The translations under genes were made by a program, and so were the position numbers. From assembly GCA_000388065.2 (NCBI GenBank), contig KB932201.1: a DNA stretch of 64,000 bases. The stretch is one strand, 5' to 3'. This DNA is from Fonticula alba ATCC 38817. Its lineage: Eukaryota; Protista; Nucleariida. The notes under the pieces are model-generated. The model did no database searches. It was not told the DNA's origin and saw nothing but the letters and a program-made list of their open reading frames with translations. Below, piece by piece: positions 50,301-63,043 of this stretch (within the stretch, counting starts at the first letter, position 1; each line of letters starts with the position of its first letter).

Positions 50301-50476
50301 GGCTGCCTTCGGCCACTCGGCCATGGCCGACGATCCGGAGGGCGACCTGGTGCGCTTTTTGCTGGGCCATTCTCCCCACGCCGGCCTCCCTGCTTCGCTT
50401 GTCGCCACTTCACGGCTCCTCTTTCTGACGCCTGGCCCTGACCCCCTCTCTCGACCAGTTTGCCGACCTGGACTAG
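47336..50476 (+). CDS. XRCC5: Ku80 (XRCC5) homolog, divergent; proposed exons 47336..47344 (uncertain), 47529..48115, 48345..50349, 50459..50476
   Basis: vWA start TATIFVVARG; core FKGPLIIG, LARTYRYGKQRIAV, SLQLICFF, ALALAHLVGHMRLTGRIALLRYVR...PQLML, LTRLPFAGEV, AMDALIDQHL. A terminal micro-exon gives ...ADDPEGDLFADLD*. The start exon is tentative (ATG GAA CGT|GTACGT with an AAG acceptor). Confidence 0.78.
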
Positions 50477-50792
50477 GAGAGGCCCTTGGCTCGCGGGCCC
50501 GGGGTTCCATGCACATACACATGTGTGCATGTATGTCTGTGTGCGCGCGCGCGCGCGCGTGCATGCAGCCGCCCCAGGCCCCCCCCCCCGTCCCCTGGGA
50601 GGAGGGAATATACCCTGCTCCAGAAGCACATGCATGTGTTCATGTGTGCGTGCATGTATACGTGTATTGGTGCATGGTCGAGGGCCGCGGGGCGACAGGG
50701 TACTGTCCCTGGATGCGCGCCGGGTGGGCCGCTCGCTTGCTTGAGCACGGGCGCGGCTCCAAGACAGAGGTCTGCTCCGCCTCGCCGGGCCC

Positions 50793-52895
50793 CTACTGAC
50801 CGGTGTCGCCGGCCCCGCGGGAGAAAACCATCTGCGAGGCGACAACCACATGCGAAAGGGGACTTCCTGCCAGGGAGGGCGGGGCCATGCCGGCCACAAT
50901 CGGGTGCGGCGGGGCCGGCATGTCCGCCGGGGGCGAGGGATGCGCCGGCCCGGCCCCGGTGGTGGGTGGCTGAGGGGTCGCCTCGTCGACCGGGGCCGGC
51001 TGCATCCGGGCATTGATGTACGAGGACATCAGCTGGGTGAGGCGGTTCGGCTGCCGGAGCGCGATGGAGAGGGGCACCCGCATGGGGGGAAGAGAGAGAG
51101 AGAGAGAGAGGAGAAGGGAGGGGCAGGATCGGCCACAGGAAGTGGCACACACACATGCATACAACGAAGCGGTCAGTCACAGGGGAAGGGCGGGGGAATG
51201 GCCACCAGCAGAGCCGGGGGGCGGGGGCGGAAAAGCGCAAACAGGCAAGACCCCGCGCGCCGCGGCGGCACACGCACCGCCAGCATGTGGAAGTAAAGGC
51301 GCGTCACACCGTGCACCGGGGACTGGGCGCGGAGAAGGTCCCGGCCGCTGTCCTGCCGGGCAAGGGCCGGGTCCAGCAGATCCGTGTCAGTCGGCTCCGG
51401 CTGACAGGCCGAGGCCAGGAGCTGGAGCAGGGTGGCCTGCGACCGGGACTCGGCCACCAGCAGCGTGAAGACGCCCACATGGGTGCCGGCCCCGGGGCCG
51501 GAGGCCGGGTCGCCGCCCAGCCCGAAGGCGATCAGGCTGCCCGGGGCCGAGGCCGACTCGACGCCCGCGCCGAAGAAGTTCAGGTGCCTGTGGCTCATGG
51601 TCGGGCTGCCGATGAGCCCGGCCACGAAGTGCGCCCCGGCCGGGGCGTGGTAGTAGTCGGCCGCGGCCGCGGCCGCCCCGCCATCCGAAGCCAGCATGTC
51701 GGCCTCGAGGATCGGGTCGCCACCGGCCGCCAGGCCGCCGGCGCCCTGGCCGGCTCCCCCCGGGCCGCTGGTGCCGATGCTTGACAGACTCGATGTCGAC
51801 AGGGACAAAGAGCTGCCATAGAGCGAGCCGGGCCCGCCGGGGCCGAGGCTGGCACCCATGCCCGGGCCGCCGGCGCCGGCGCCGAAGGACCCAAGCGAGG
51901 GGGCCGAAGCGGGAGCCCCGCCGGGGCCGAGCAGGTCCTGGCCAGGCCCCGGGCCGCCGGCCGCCAGGCCGGCCAGATCGCCCGCGTGCCCGTGGAAGGG
52001 GGTCGACGCGCCGAAGGGGAAGTACGACCCGAAGCCCACGAGATGCTGGTCGTACTGGTAGTCTGCCACCACGGCCAGGGTGTCCGGGTTCATGAGGCTG
52101 ATGCCGTCGTGGCGCACGGCCAGCAGGACCGTCTGGCCCCCGGCCTCGGCCGCGAAGAAGGACGACCCGCATAGGCGCCACCGGCGGAAGGCCCCGAGGA
52201 AGATGCGCATGCATTGGTGCGCGGTGCGGCCCTTGAGCCGGCGCCAGTTGTCATGGAAGCCATTGCTCCAGGAGCTCATGGTGGATTCCTCGCGCAGGCG
52301 CATGGGCAAGAACCGATCGAAGGCGAAGCTGTTTCCGAAAGGGAAGCCAGGCGAAGGGTCAGAAGGAAGGCACACAGGAGCACACAGCGGCCAGGGCGAG
52401 ATGGCCCGAGGGCGCCTGGGGACAAGGGGGAAGACACAGGCGTGTGGTTGGCCATTGGGGCTCTTTTCTTGGTGTCATGTGTCTCTCTCACCCCCCCCCC
52501 TCCCCCTGTCCCCGGTAATGGAGGCAGCAACACAAGGATGGCCACATGCACGAACCGAGATTTCTTGTTGGAGGCGGCACCACCGGAGGCGCTGGCCCCG
52601 GTCGGGGTGGCCCCCGAGATGGCCTCATAATCACCCCACTTCGCCTGGGACATGACGGCCACGAGGAAGGTGGCCGTCTCAATGGCGACCGGCGCCATCG
52701 AATGGGTGAACTGCCGGCCGGCGATCAGAGGGGGGGGGGGAGGGCGCGAGCACGGCCGGGCCCGACGGCGAATCGGATGTCAGAGACCATGGGCAAGTGG
52801 ATAGAGGCACACATGCCAGTGCGCGGCGCCTGCTGTGCGTGCCGGTCGCGCGGAGGCCAAGGATGGGTAGGAGGAAAAATGGGGAGCTTCGGCCG

Positions 52896-52954
<59 letters not shown>

Positions 52955-55900
52955 CGGCTCCCTCCGGCCAGCCGCTCACAAAGAGACGCCTGCGTACCTG
53001 GTGCGTGTAGTAGCCATAGAGGAGCTCCAGCTCCGAGGGGGTGGCCGTGGTGAAGACCCCATCATCACCGATGTTGGACTCCAGCCGGGCCGGATTGAGC
53101 GGTCCATTGAAGTCATGCGTGACCCCGGTCAACAGGGGGGTCACCGTGTCGGACAGGGTGTCGAAGGTCTCATTCGGCAGGAGGCGCGGCCGCAGGGGGA
53201 AGAGGACCTTCGGCCGGAAGACGAAGACCAACGGCTCGGAGGACACCTCGCCCCAGGCGCGCATGTCATTCATGAGGCTGTGGTACACATCGGGCAGGGG
53301 GCCCGTGTTGCCGGAGGTCCCGTCAGCCGGCCGGCGGAAGGACGCCAGCCGGGCCTCGAGGTCCTGCAGCATCGGCCGGGCCGAGGCCGAGGTCGAGCCC
53401 CTGACTCCGGGACCGGCCGGGAGGTGGAGAGCACCGGCGCCGGGCCCGGGCCCGGCCCCGACCGACCCGGCCCCGCTGCCAGCGGACCCGGCGGCCCCGG
53501 GGCCGGACAGACGCGATCCCTTCATGCCGTAGGCATGGAGGTCATCCTCGACGCTGTGGATGAGGTCCGCCACGCGGGTCCTCGGGCTCAGGGGGAGCTC
53601 CAGCTGCCCGGTGCTCATGGACACCAGGAACAGGCCGTAATCCTCGCGCGAGGTGAGGCAGAATTCCAGCTTCTCCGACTGCACCACCCGGTCGATGAGA
53701 TCCGACACCCGGGCATTGACCGGCAGGGCCACGTGGACCAGCTTCTCGGTCAGGACGTCCGGATCGTCGACCGACCGGGGCTTGGCCGATACCGGCATCT
53801 GGAGCTGCACATACACCCCGAGCGGCTCGAGGTTCAGGCGAACTCGCGATTCGACCTACGGCGGCGAGGTGGGGAGGAGACGCGGAGTGGGGGAGGAGGA
53901 GGAGGAGGAGGAGCATGGTCGGTCAGCGGGAGTCGGCGACAAGGGCAACCGAGGCGGCGGCCGGTCCGAATGAAAGCAAACATGGTCCATAGGCGCGCCT
54001 TGCCCACCCCCCCCCCCAGGCCACCCATCGGCCGGGCAACGCACATTGATCACGGCCAGGATCTCCTGGCGGCTGGGGACAAGCGCCCGCTCGGCCGGGG
54101 GCGGCTCGTCCGGCCGGCCGGACCCCTCGGCAGCCAGGCGGGCCGCCTCAATCAGCCGCTGGACCGTATGCAGGGAATAGGCTGCCAGCATGGCCGAGGC
54201 ATTTGCGTCCTGGTTGGCGGCACAGCGCTGCAGGTGCGCCAGCAGGTAGTCGCGGACGGTGGTCCGCTGGGGCAGGAAGGCCCCGCACATGATGGCAATC
54301 AGGTGCCAAATCTGGATGTTGTGGGCACTGCTCGGGTAGGGGTGGTTGCAGGATTGCTTGATCAACTGCAGGTACACCTCGCTGCGGAGCTCCGGCACCG
54401 CCACGCAGCGCTGCAGGATGGATCGAGCCAGGCCAATGTGATAGCCAATGCCATTGACCGTGGCCGGGGTCTTGGAGCCGCCGGAGGCAATCGACAGGGA
54501 GGCCCCGCCGGCCACGGAGGGCGGGATGGCGGCGGCGGCCCCGGGGCCGGGCTTGCGGCTGATCAGCGTCGAGGCATAGCGCTGGATCAGGCGGAAGAGC
54601 TTCAGCGCCTCGGACCGGATGCGCGGCGTGAAGAGCGTCGACAGGGGGTGCAACAGGGGCTCCCGGGTGAAGACCAGCAGCGGGATGGCCTCGGCCAGCG
54701 ACTCGAAGCCGCAGTCGCGCACCCGAGCCGACCAGGCCTCAAACAGGGCCGCCGGGTCGATGGAGCCGGCCGCCCCGCCGCGCGGGCAGTACAGCCCGGC
54801 GGTGGTGGCATCGCGTGCATAGAAGAACCGCATGTCCAGGCTCGGGTACTCGGCGCGCATGGCCGTCAACGCGTGCACCAGGCGCTCGGTCGGCGAGCTG
54901 AGCGCCGCATTCTCATTGCACACCAGCTGGATGTGGGACATCCAGTGGAAGGCGTCCGAGGCGGTTAGCGCCTCGAAGAAGTACGTCTTGAAGGGGTCGG
55001 CCTTGAGGACACTGGTGGCGGCGGCCACCTCGGCCTCCGGCCGCGGCACGCGCAGCATGAACATGACCACCCGGTCGCCGGGCCGGGTGCCGGCCCGGGG
55101 GGACCACCCGAGCCCCTGCGAGGGGTGGTGCGTCACGGAGAAGAGCTGCGGCCCGGACATCGGGCCTCCGGCGAAGGACCCATGGCTGGGGCCGAGGGCC
55201 GACATGCCGGCACCGGAGGCAGCCATGGGCCCGGGCCCGGCGCCCCCGCCACCGGAGCCACTGCCACTGCCGCCGGACATGGCGGCCATGATGCTGGAGG
55301 TGCTGGGGACGCGGCCGCGAATGCGCAATGTCGACCCGAAGACGCCCTTGCGGCTGCTGCCGGCCGTCGAGGGGGCCGCACTGACGGCCGAGCTGATGGA
55401 CGAGGTGGATACCGTCGAGGCGGTGGACGACTGGCTGGCCTTGCGCATGAGCGAGGGGCTGGCGCGGGTCTTGCTGGCGGCCGGGGTCCCGGCGGCGGTC
55501 GGCGGCACGAACAGGTTCTCCAACTGCTCGCAGCCGCCACCGACCGACCCATCGGAGGAGGTGGAATTGAAGGTGGCCGTCAGGTCCAACCCGGAGCCGG
55601 ACTCGCCGATGCTGCTCAGCTGCGAGGAGGATGACAGATCCCGGCCATGGTGTGGCAGGTGCTCTGGCATGTCGGCCGGCAGGGCGCCCAGCGGGCCGGC
55701 CCCGGCCGGAGCCAGCGACGTCAGGGCGTCGTCAAACTCCGAGTCCGACTCGTTGTCCGGATTGACCAGCTCCACCACCGTGGCCCGGGTCAGGTGGATG
55801 ACATTGACCGGGCGTTCGTCACGCGGCGACCGGTAGTAGTAGAGCCCGCTTGGCTTGAGGACGACCCAGCGTGTGGCGGAGAAGCCTGGACGATGGAGGC

Positions 55901-56674
55901 AGCCAAGACGGGGGGAGGAGGGGGGGGGGGGGAGGGGGGCAGCGGAGGTAGGCATCAGCAAGCTGGCAGGAGACGCGCGCGTCGGGGGCGCAGGCGGGAG
56001 GGGGAGTTTCTTGTGGCGTTGTCGCGGGCGCACCGTTCTTGTGCTTGATGAGCCAGCCCTGGGTGATGATGTCCCCGCTGTTGGCCAGGGGCCCGGTGTC
56101 AGCCGGTGGCGGGACCGAAATGACGGCCTGTGCGCATGGAGGGGAGAGATGAGTCAGTGGGCCGAGGGGCAAGGTGTGGCTGCAGTGGTTGCGGGAGGAG
56201 AGGAAGACCGGCAGGGGGGAGGCGAAGGGGGAGGAGATCCGGCCGAGCACACGCACGTCACGCTTCGCCACCAGTGACAAGGCCCGGACCCACTGGCGCA
56301 TATCGGCATCCGACACCGGCGAGGCCAGGTGGAAGACGCGTTGCGGCGTGTGAAGCTCGAAGGTGAAGGGCTGGAGCTTGGACGAGGAGGAGGAGGGGGG
56401 CGGCCCGGCCGACGAGGCGATCGACAGGCCGGAGAGCCCGGTGCCCGGGCCGCCGCCGAGGAGACCGCCAGCGGGCAAGTCCCCGGGGGTCGACTTGTCC
56501 GGGGTCTGGGCCAGCACCGCCAGCAGCGATCCACCCGAGAGGGAGATGTGCCCGATGGCGCTGGCGCCGGAGACCACGTCGTCGGCGGACTTAAAGTACC
56601 AGAGAATCTGGTGGCGCAGGACGAAGTACCGGCTCTTCCAGGACTGATATGGGGAGGGGAGCCGATGTGCGTGC

Positions 56675-56710
<36 letters not shown>

Positions 56711-57696
56711 ATGTAGGCCGAGATGTGTGCATGTGCGCGTGGCCACGCGTGTCCAGGCTGGCACACGAAGGGCCGAGGCAAAAAGGAGGCGCCAGGAAAC
56801 ACACCTTGTTCCGGCTCTGCTTGAACAGGTAGCCCTGGTACTCGGCCGCACGAGTGGAGAGGAACTGCCGCGTGGTGGCGATCACCGACGGCCGGGCAGG
56901 GACCAAGGGCCCAACCCCGGGCCGGCCGGGCGGCGCCTTGGCGGGGTCAGCCTCGGAGGCCGAATCGCCGGCCCCGGACTTGGCCCCATCCGAGGCCGGC
57001 AGAGAGGGGCTGGTTTCGGTGGGCCCCGCCATCGGGGCCACATTCTTCTGGGACATGAGATTGGCCACTTGCAGGCGCAGGGTGCGGACCTCATCGTCGA
57101 GTTGCTCGGCGCGCGTGGCCTCGGCCTGGGCGCGTGACTCCACCATCTCCAGGCGAGCCTCGACGGCGGCGCGCACGCGGCGCGCCGCCGCATCGAAGTG
57201 CTCGGCGTCGGCGATGCGCGCGGCCTGCGCCGACCGAAGGGCGTCGCGCAGGACCTCGGGGTTGTTGGAGGACAGGGGATCCGCGGGGGAGTCGCCGCCA
57301 GCCGAGTGGTCGACGGTGGGGGCGGGCCCGGCGGGCGCGGCAGCCGAGAGCTCCTTCAGCTTGGCTTGAGCTGGTGGCCGGGTCCGCAGGTGCGACCGAG
57401 CAAGAAGCCAACCCAGGCAAGACAGTCAGCCACTAGGCGATTAGGGGGGGAGGGAGGCGGGGGAGGAAGGGCGAGCGAAGGCAATGTCGAGTTCCCAAGG
57501 GACGAAAGGGGCCCAGGCGCGCACCCTCCTCGAGGGACTGCCGGAGCTGGGCGTTCTCCTCACGGGCCGAGGTCACATGCTGGACGATGAGGCTGCGAGC
57601 GCGCTCGATCTTCAGCTCGCGCTCCCGGAACTCATTCTCACGCTGGGAGACCTGCTGCTCCAGGTACAGGTAACGAGCCTCCCAGCTGTCGGCCAT
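50793..57696 (-). CDS. PLEKHH: PLEKHH1/2 (MAX-1)-like protein: coiled coil-PH-PH-MyTH4-FERM; exons 57696..57525, 57370..56805, 56643..56257, 56127..56034, 55885..54045, 53855..52998, 52710..52556, 52328..51278, 51050..50793
   Basis: N-terminal coiled coil MADSWEARYLYLEQQ. PH1 YQGYLFKQSRNKSWKSRYFVLRHQILWYFKS...DMRQWVRAL. PH2 QGWLIKHKNGFSATRWVVLKPSGLYYYRS...AFHWMSHI. MyTH4 PLLHPLSTL...EALKLFRLIQ...PELRSEVYLQLIKQ...QIWHLIAIMCGAFLP. FERM LVAVMSQAKWGDY, WRLCGSSFF, LLAVRHDGISL, NRLTQLMSSYI. Eight phase-consistent introns. Confidence 0.88.
52897..52953. repeat. Long poly-G run (~57 nt) in a PLEKHH intron, possibly artefactual
   Basis: G homopolymer read directly, inside intron 52997..52711. Confidence 0.6.
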
Positions 57697-58774
57697 TCTC
57701 ACTGCGGTGACGGGGAGGAGGGGGGGGGGGGAGGGAGCGCAAAGGGGTGTCAGTTTGGATGAGGCCCGGCAACGGAGGCGAGGAGAGGGGAGCAGCGCCT
57801 GCCCAGAGCGGGGGCCCGGCGGCGACGACGGCGTGCCTGTTTAGAGATCTCGACGGGGCGGGGAGAGTTCGGCGGGATGTGGGGCGGAAAGGGGGAGAGG
57901 GGGAGGAAGGGCAGAGAGGAAGGGAGCAGGGCAGATGGTGCTTGCAGGGGGGGGGGGGGTGTTGTGTATGAGCCTTGTGTGTGTGGGTGTGTGGGTGGAT
58001 GGGTGTGCTTGTGCGGGTGGATGGTCGGGGGAGGAGGGGAGGGGGTGAGTTCTGGCGGTCCCTGGGTCCGCTGGCCCCGGCGAGGGACGCTTTGAGCCCC
58101 CCTCCCCCGCGTCCCCCCCCTTCCCCCCTGCGCCCAGGTGGTCGAGATGAGCTGGCGCCCATGGTGGGCGTGTTGTTGAGCGTGCATCCCCGTGGGCCTG
58201 GGGCCTTCGTGACGCCCGCCCATGCAGCCTCTCTCTCTTTCTCTCTCACACACACACACACACACGCACACAGGCGATGTCTCGGGGCCGGGGCCGGAGG
58301 GTATCTCGGCGGCGAGCCGGTTTTGGTCCGCACTGCCCTCCCGAGATGGACCTAATGACGGTTTGATGAATGTCTCACTACGCCGGGAGCGGGGCACATG
58401 TTGCATATCCGCGCGAGCCGCGGCACAGGGAGAAGTGGCGTTGGCCGACGCGACTGCCTTCCCGGCCAGGATGGATGGAGCGGGGGGCGGGGGGGGGGGG
58501 GGGGGCCGGGGAAAAANNNNNNNNNNNNNNNNNNNNNNNNNNNNNNNNNNNNNNNNNNNNNNNNNNNNNNNNNNNNNNNNNNNNNNNNNNNNNNNNNNNN
58601 NNNNNNNNNNNNNNNNNNNNNNNNNNNNNNNNNNNNNNNNNNNNNNNNNNNNNNNNNNNNNNNNNNNNNNNNNNNNNNNNNNTGTCTCACTACGCCGGGA
58701 GCGGGGCACATGTTGCGCGGTGGGCGCGGGGGTGGTGGTGGGGGCGGGGGGGTGGGGGGCGGGTGGGGGGTGGT

Positions 58775-58817
<43 letters not shown>

Positions 58818-60463
58818 CGGGGGAAAAATGCCCCACGCCTGCGCAACGCACAAAGGCACCTCCCGGCAGGCGGCATCCGAGCCCTGGTCCGTGGGTGTTG
58901 GCGCCCCGCGCCGGCGTACGTCCGCCCCGGGCGCTCCTGGACCCCCGGGGCCGGCCCCTCTCCCTCACATCTCCCGCGAGGGCGCTTGTTTTTTCTAGTT
59001 CCGCCCGCCCATGGCCCCCTCCTCGCCGCCCTGTCCGGCTGGCCAGCGGCGGGTGGTGCGTAGGTCTGACCCCCCCCCCCCCCCCGCCCCCCCGCCCCCC
59101 CGCCCCCCGCCTGCTGCGGGCTCATCCGAGCAGCCGAGCGCGATCATGTCCCGGCAAAGGCTCTAGAGCCCGGGCGCCGGCGACTTGGCGTGTGAGCACA
59201 CCCTGAGAAGCCCGGCGACCAGGACCGCGGGCGCGCGAGACCGGGGCCCGCAGATCGGCCTGGTCCCAGGCAACAGGCCGTGGTGGGGGGACACATTTTT
59301 CCGGGGCTCCTCCTGCTGGCCCCTTCCTCCTCGGGGCTCGGGGTGGGAGCGCTTCGGCCGCGGCGCTGGCAGGCGGCGGGCGGAGGTCCCGCGATCTTGG
59401 GCCTCCCCCGCCCCCCGGCCTGGCCGCGGTCTGTCGCCGCCGGCTTTCTCGCTCTGACCTCCGGTCCCTGTGCTGCTCCCTCTTTCCCCAGGCCTCTTCC
59501 CTCGCGCACGGATGTGCATGCATCTCGGTTTTCATGCGCCGGAGACCCGGCGCGCGGCGGGCTCTCACACTCGGCGCCAGATGCAGACAGGAAGTAGACG
59601 CGGCGGTGGGCCCCCGGCCATCTGAAAAGGCACACTGAACCCGGCCCTTGAGGGGAGCTCCCTGACGCATTCCTTGTGCGCGCGCGCGCGCGCGCCCGAG
59701 AGGCAAGGAAGGGCCGAGGCGGTGTGCCGGGCCGGACGCCGGCGCCAAGTCCGGCGCGCCGGCCTGGCTGGCGAAATATTGATGGCTGCGATCCGGGCGT
59801 CCGCCCTGCGTCCAACACTTTGGTCCCTTTCGGTGCGCAGGGACGGCCCAACGCGGCGGCCCCCCCCCCCCCGGGGGCACGCCCCCCCGGGCGGGGCCCG
59901 CCCCGCCGACCTGGGGCCTGCGCCCCCCCCCCCCCCCCCCCGTCCCCACTCCGCCCCGGCCTTCCGCCGGCCCCCCCCGCCCAATGGAGAAAATGACCCG
60001 CTCACCCTGGGCCGGTGTTCGAAGAAGGAAAAGCCATTGGAGGGTGGGCCGGGGGGGGGTGTTTGCCCCCGCCCGCCCGCCCGCCCGCCCGCCCGCCCGC
60101 CCGCCCGCCCGACTCCGCCCCCGCCCCCGATCCTGCCGGGAGGCGGTGGTACGCACCGCCGGAGAGACGGCATCCTGCGCCGGGCGTTCTTGAGCGCCCA
60201 CATTCCAAGAAGGTCACGTAATTGCGCGGAATGGCATTCCAACAGGCCCCACGTGCGGCAATCACGTCCCCTCCAGAAGCTAGCCCACAATCGGCCACTG
60301 GATTTGGCGCAGCCGGTGCCCACCGTATATTGTGTTGGCGGGAGGGGGGGGAGACAGGGCGGGAGGGAGAGCGAGAGCAAAAACCGGAGGGGGACGGGCG
60401 GATGTCCAGGGGGCGCGAGCGGGCGATGGGCCTCTGCTTGTGGCCCGGAGGGGCTCCACCCCC

Positions 60464-61495
60464 TCAGGGCAAGTACGCCAGCTGGCCATCCGGCGTGCGG
60501 GTCACATAGTCCAAGTCCACGAGGTAGTCCACCACCGAGGCCACCTCGTCCTTGGTGGGGGGGCGGATTTGCGGGAACTTCAATTGCTGCCAGTTGGCAA
60601 TCATGTCCCGCAAGGCCGCCACACTGGGCACCTGGCGGGTGATCTTCATGATGCGCACCGCCGTGGCTTGGTAGAATTGTCGGCGCCAGCCGCGAGAGCC
60701 ATTGACCAGCGGCGGGGCCGTGGTGGCCATGGCCCCGGCCGAGGCACCAGGCAATTGCCCCGGCGCCGGGGACGTGGCAGCCGAGTGGGCCGCGGGTGCG
60801 GGCGGGGCGCTGGCGGCGCCGGGCGGGCTGGCGTTGGGCCCGGGGAAGGGCCGCGACGGGCTGCCGGTGGCCTGGCCGGCGCCGGAGGCCGTGGCCGCGG
60901 CCGCGGCCGCCGCCCTGGCCAAAGTCGATGCCAGGGACAACTGGTCCACGGCCCCCGGGCCTGGGGCAGTGCCGCTGCCCGAGGACGCCCCCGAGGAGGC
61001 GGTCGACGAAACCGTGGACATGGGCCGGAAGGACACGCTCGAATGGTCGGCCCCCTCGCTGGAGGCGGACCCCGAGCCGCCGGAGGGCAGGGTCGACAGG
61101 TCGTCCTCCATCGACATCGACCGGCCGGCCTCCGAGTCGACTGTGGCCCCCATCTGGAGGTCCAGCTCGGACACCTCCTCCAGCCCGGCCAGGCTGGCCA
61201 GCAGGTTGATGTTGAGCTCCAGCGCCGGGGCCGCCGGGGCGGGCAGATAGCCGGCCGTCGGGTCGGCGCCTTGGGTGTGGAGCCGGCTCCCGGCGGGGGC
61301 TGCCTGCATGTTGGCGACCCCGCTGGCGGGCGTGTCCGCAAAGAGGAAGCCATTGCCCCGGTAGGCCGGATCCTCGAGGGTGGCGCGTCGCATCGGGAAA
61401 AAGGCGATGTCCTCCTCGGTGCTGCTTGGGTCATCGTGTTACTTGCGGCGTGTGATGGGTGGGGGAAGGGGAGATGACGCAGGCCAGGTGCAGAT

Positions 61496-61582
<87 letters not shown>

Positions 61583-62977
61583 ATGTGTGCATGTGTACAT
61601 GTGTGCATGTGTGCATGTATACATGTGTGCATGTGTGCATGTGTGCATGTGTGCATGTGTGCATGTGTGCGAACGTACGGATGATAGGCCGGATTCAAAT
61701 CCAGCACTAGGTCCGGTCCCAAATCCCACAGGCACACGTCCGCCTGCTGGGGAGGCGGGCCTTGCAAAAGGATTAGCCCCGCCTGGCAGAGGGGGCCTAC
61801 CTGGAGGAGGAACTGCAGGGGGTCTTGCAGCCCCGCATGCTCCATGAAGTGTCCCACCGAGGCCGGGCCCCAGATCGTCAGCAGGCGAAGGATCAAGGCC
61901 TGGTGCGCGGTGGCGTACACCTCCACCGGGGCCGGCAGCCGGGGGGAGGTCATGCGCAGGCACGCGCGCCCGGCGTCATGCAGCCAGGTGAGCCGCCGCC
62001 CGGGGAACCGTGACACATACTCCGTCTCGAAGTGAAGGACCACACCAAGCAGCTTGGTCGGTCAAATGCCCGGTCGTGGTTAGGCACAGCATCGGGGATG
62101 GGAGGGCACAGCAAGGGGCGCGACAGGAGAGCAGATGCGACATGCAGGTCAGGCACCTCGGCCGGCAGCTGCAGCGTCGTCGGCCGCGGGCCATCCAGCG
62201 GCCCGGGCGACAGGCCAGAGCGTGCTTGGATGCTCGGTGTCAGGGGAAAGCCAAAGGTGTCGCTCACGCCGGTGGTCGACGGGGCAATCGAGGAGTTGGC
62301 TCGGCCCGGGACCATCGGCCAGAAGAAACGGTTGCACACGAGCACATGGAGCACCGGCGGTGGGGGCTGGCCTGCAGGAGCTCCGACCGAGGGAGACAGT
62401 GGCCCGTGTCAGGAGGGTGAGCAACGATGTCGGAGGAAGGACGGGCCGGGTGCACGGGCGGAAGCGGCAGCAGCAAAAGGGCCCCGAATACCACATGCAC
62501 AGAGGGCAGATGCACGGGCCAAAGGGGCAAAACATACCATCGCGCGGCTGGTATGCCGCCGCTCCGCGCAGCGAGAGCATCTGCTTGTTCAGGGTGAAGG
62601 ATTGTCCCGCGTCGCCGAGCATTCGCCGCATGGGGTAGATGTAGTTGCGCCCACACAGGAGCCCAAGGATGTTGAGGTACCGGCTCTCGAAAGCCATCTG
62701 CGCATTCCACAGGGCCAGCACACGCTCCATGTCCGGCAGGGGATTGCGCAGGAGCTTGTCCGCTCGGAAGAAGGACAGCACATTGTGCAGGAACATGAGC
62801 CGGTGGTTCAGGTACCCGATGTAGCATTGCCGGAAGTGGGACTTGTTGCTGAGGAATTTGAAGAGAAGCGTCGTGGCGGCCTGGACATTCTGAATGGCGT
62901 CTGGTTCATCGACATGCAGGGGCAGGGGGTTAGTCCCAGGCGAGCGGGGTATTTCTGCATCTGTGTATCTGTGTATC

Positions 62978-63043
<66 letters not shown>

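Noticed and set aside
50477-50799. C-terminal extension of the 880-aa Ku80 ORF
   Set aside because: It reads through intron-like and (TG)/(CA)-rich 3' sequence. Splicing at 50349/50459 gives a family-consistent acidic terminus instead.
52797-54968. 723-aa plus-strand ORF
   Set aside because: Antisense shadow of PLEKHH exons, including a poly-G tract.
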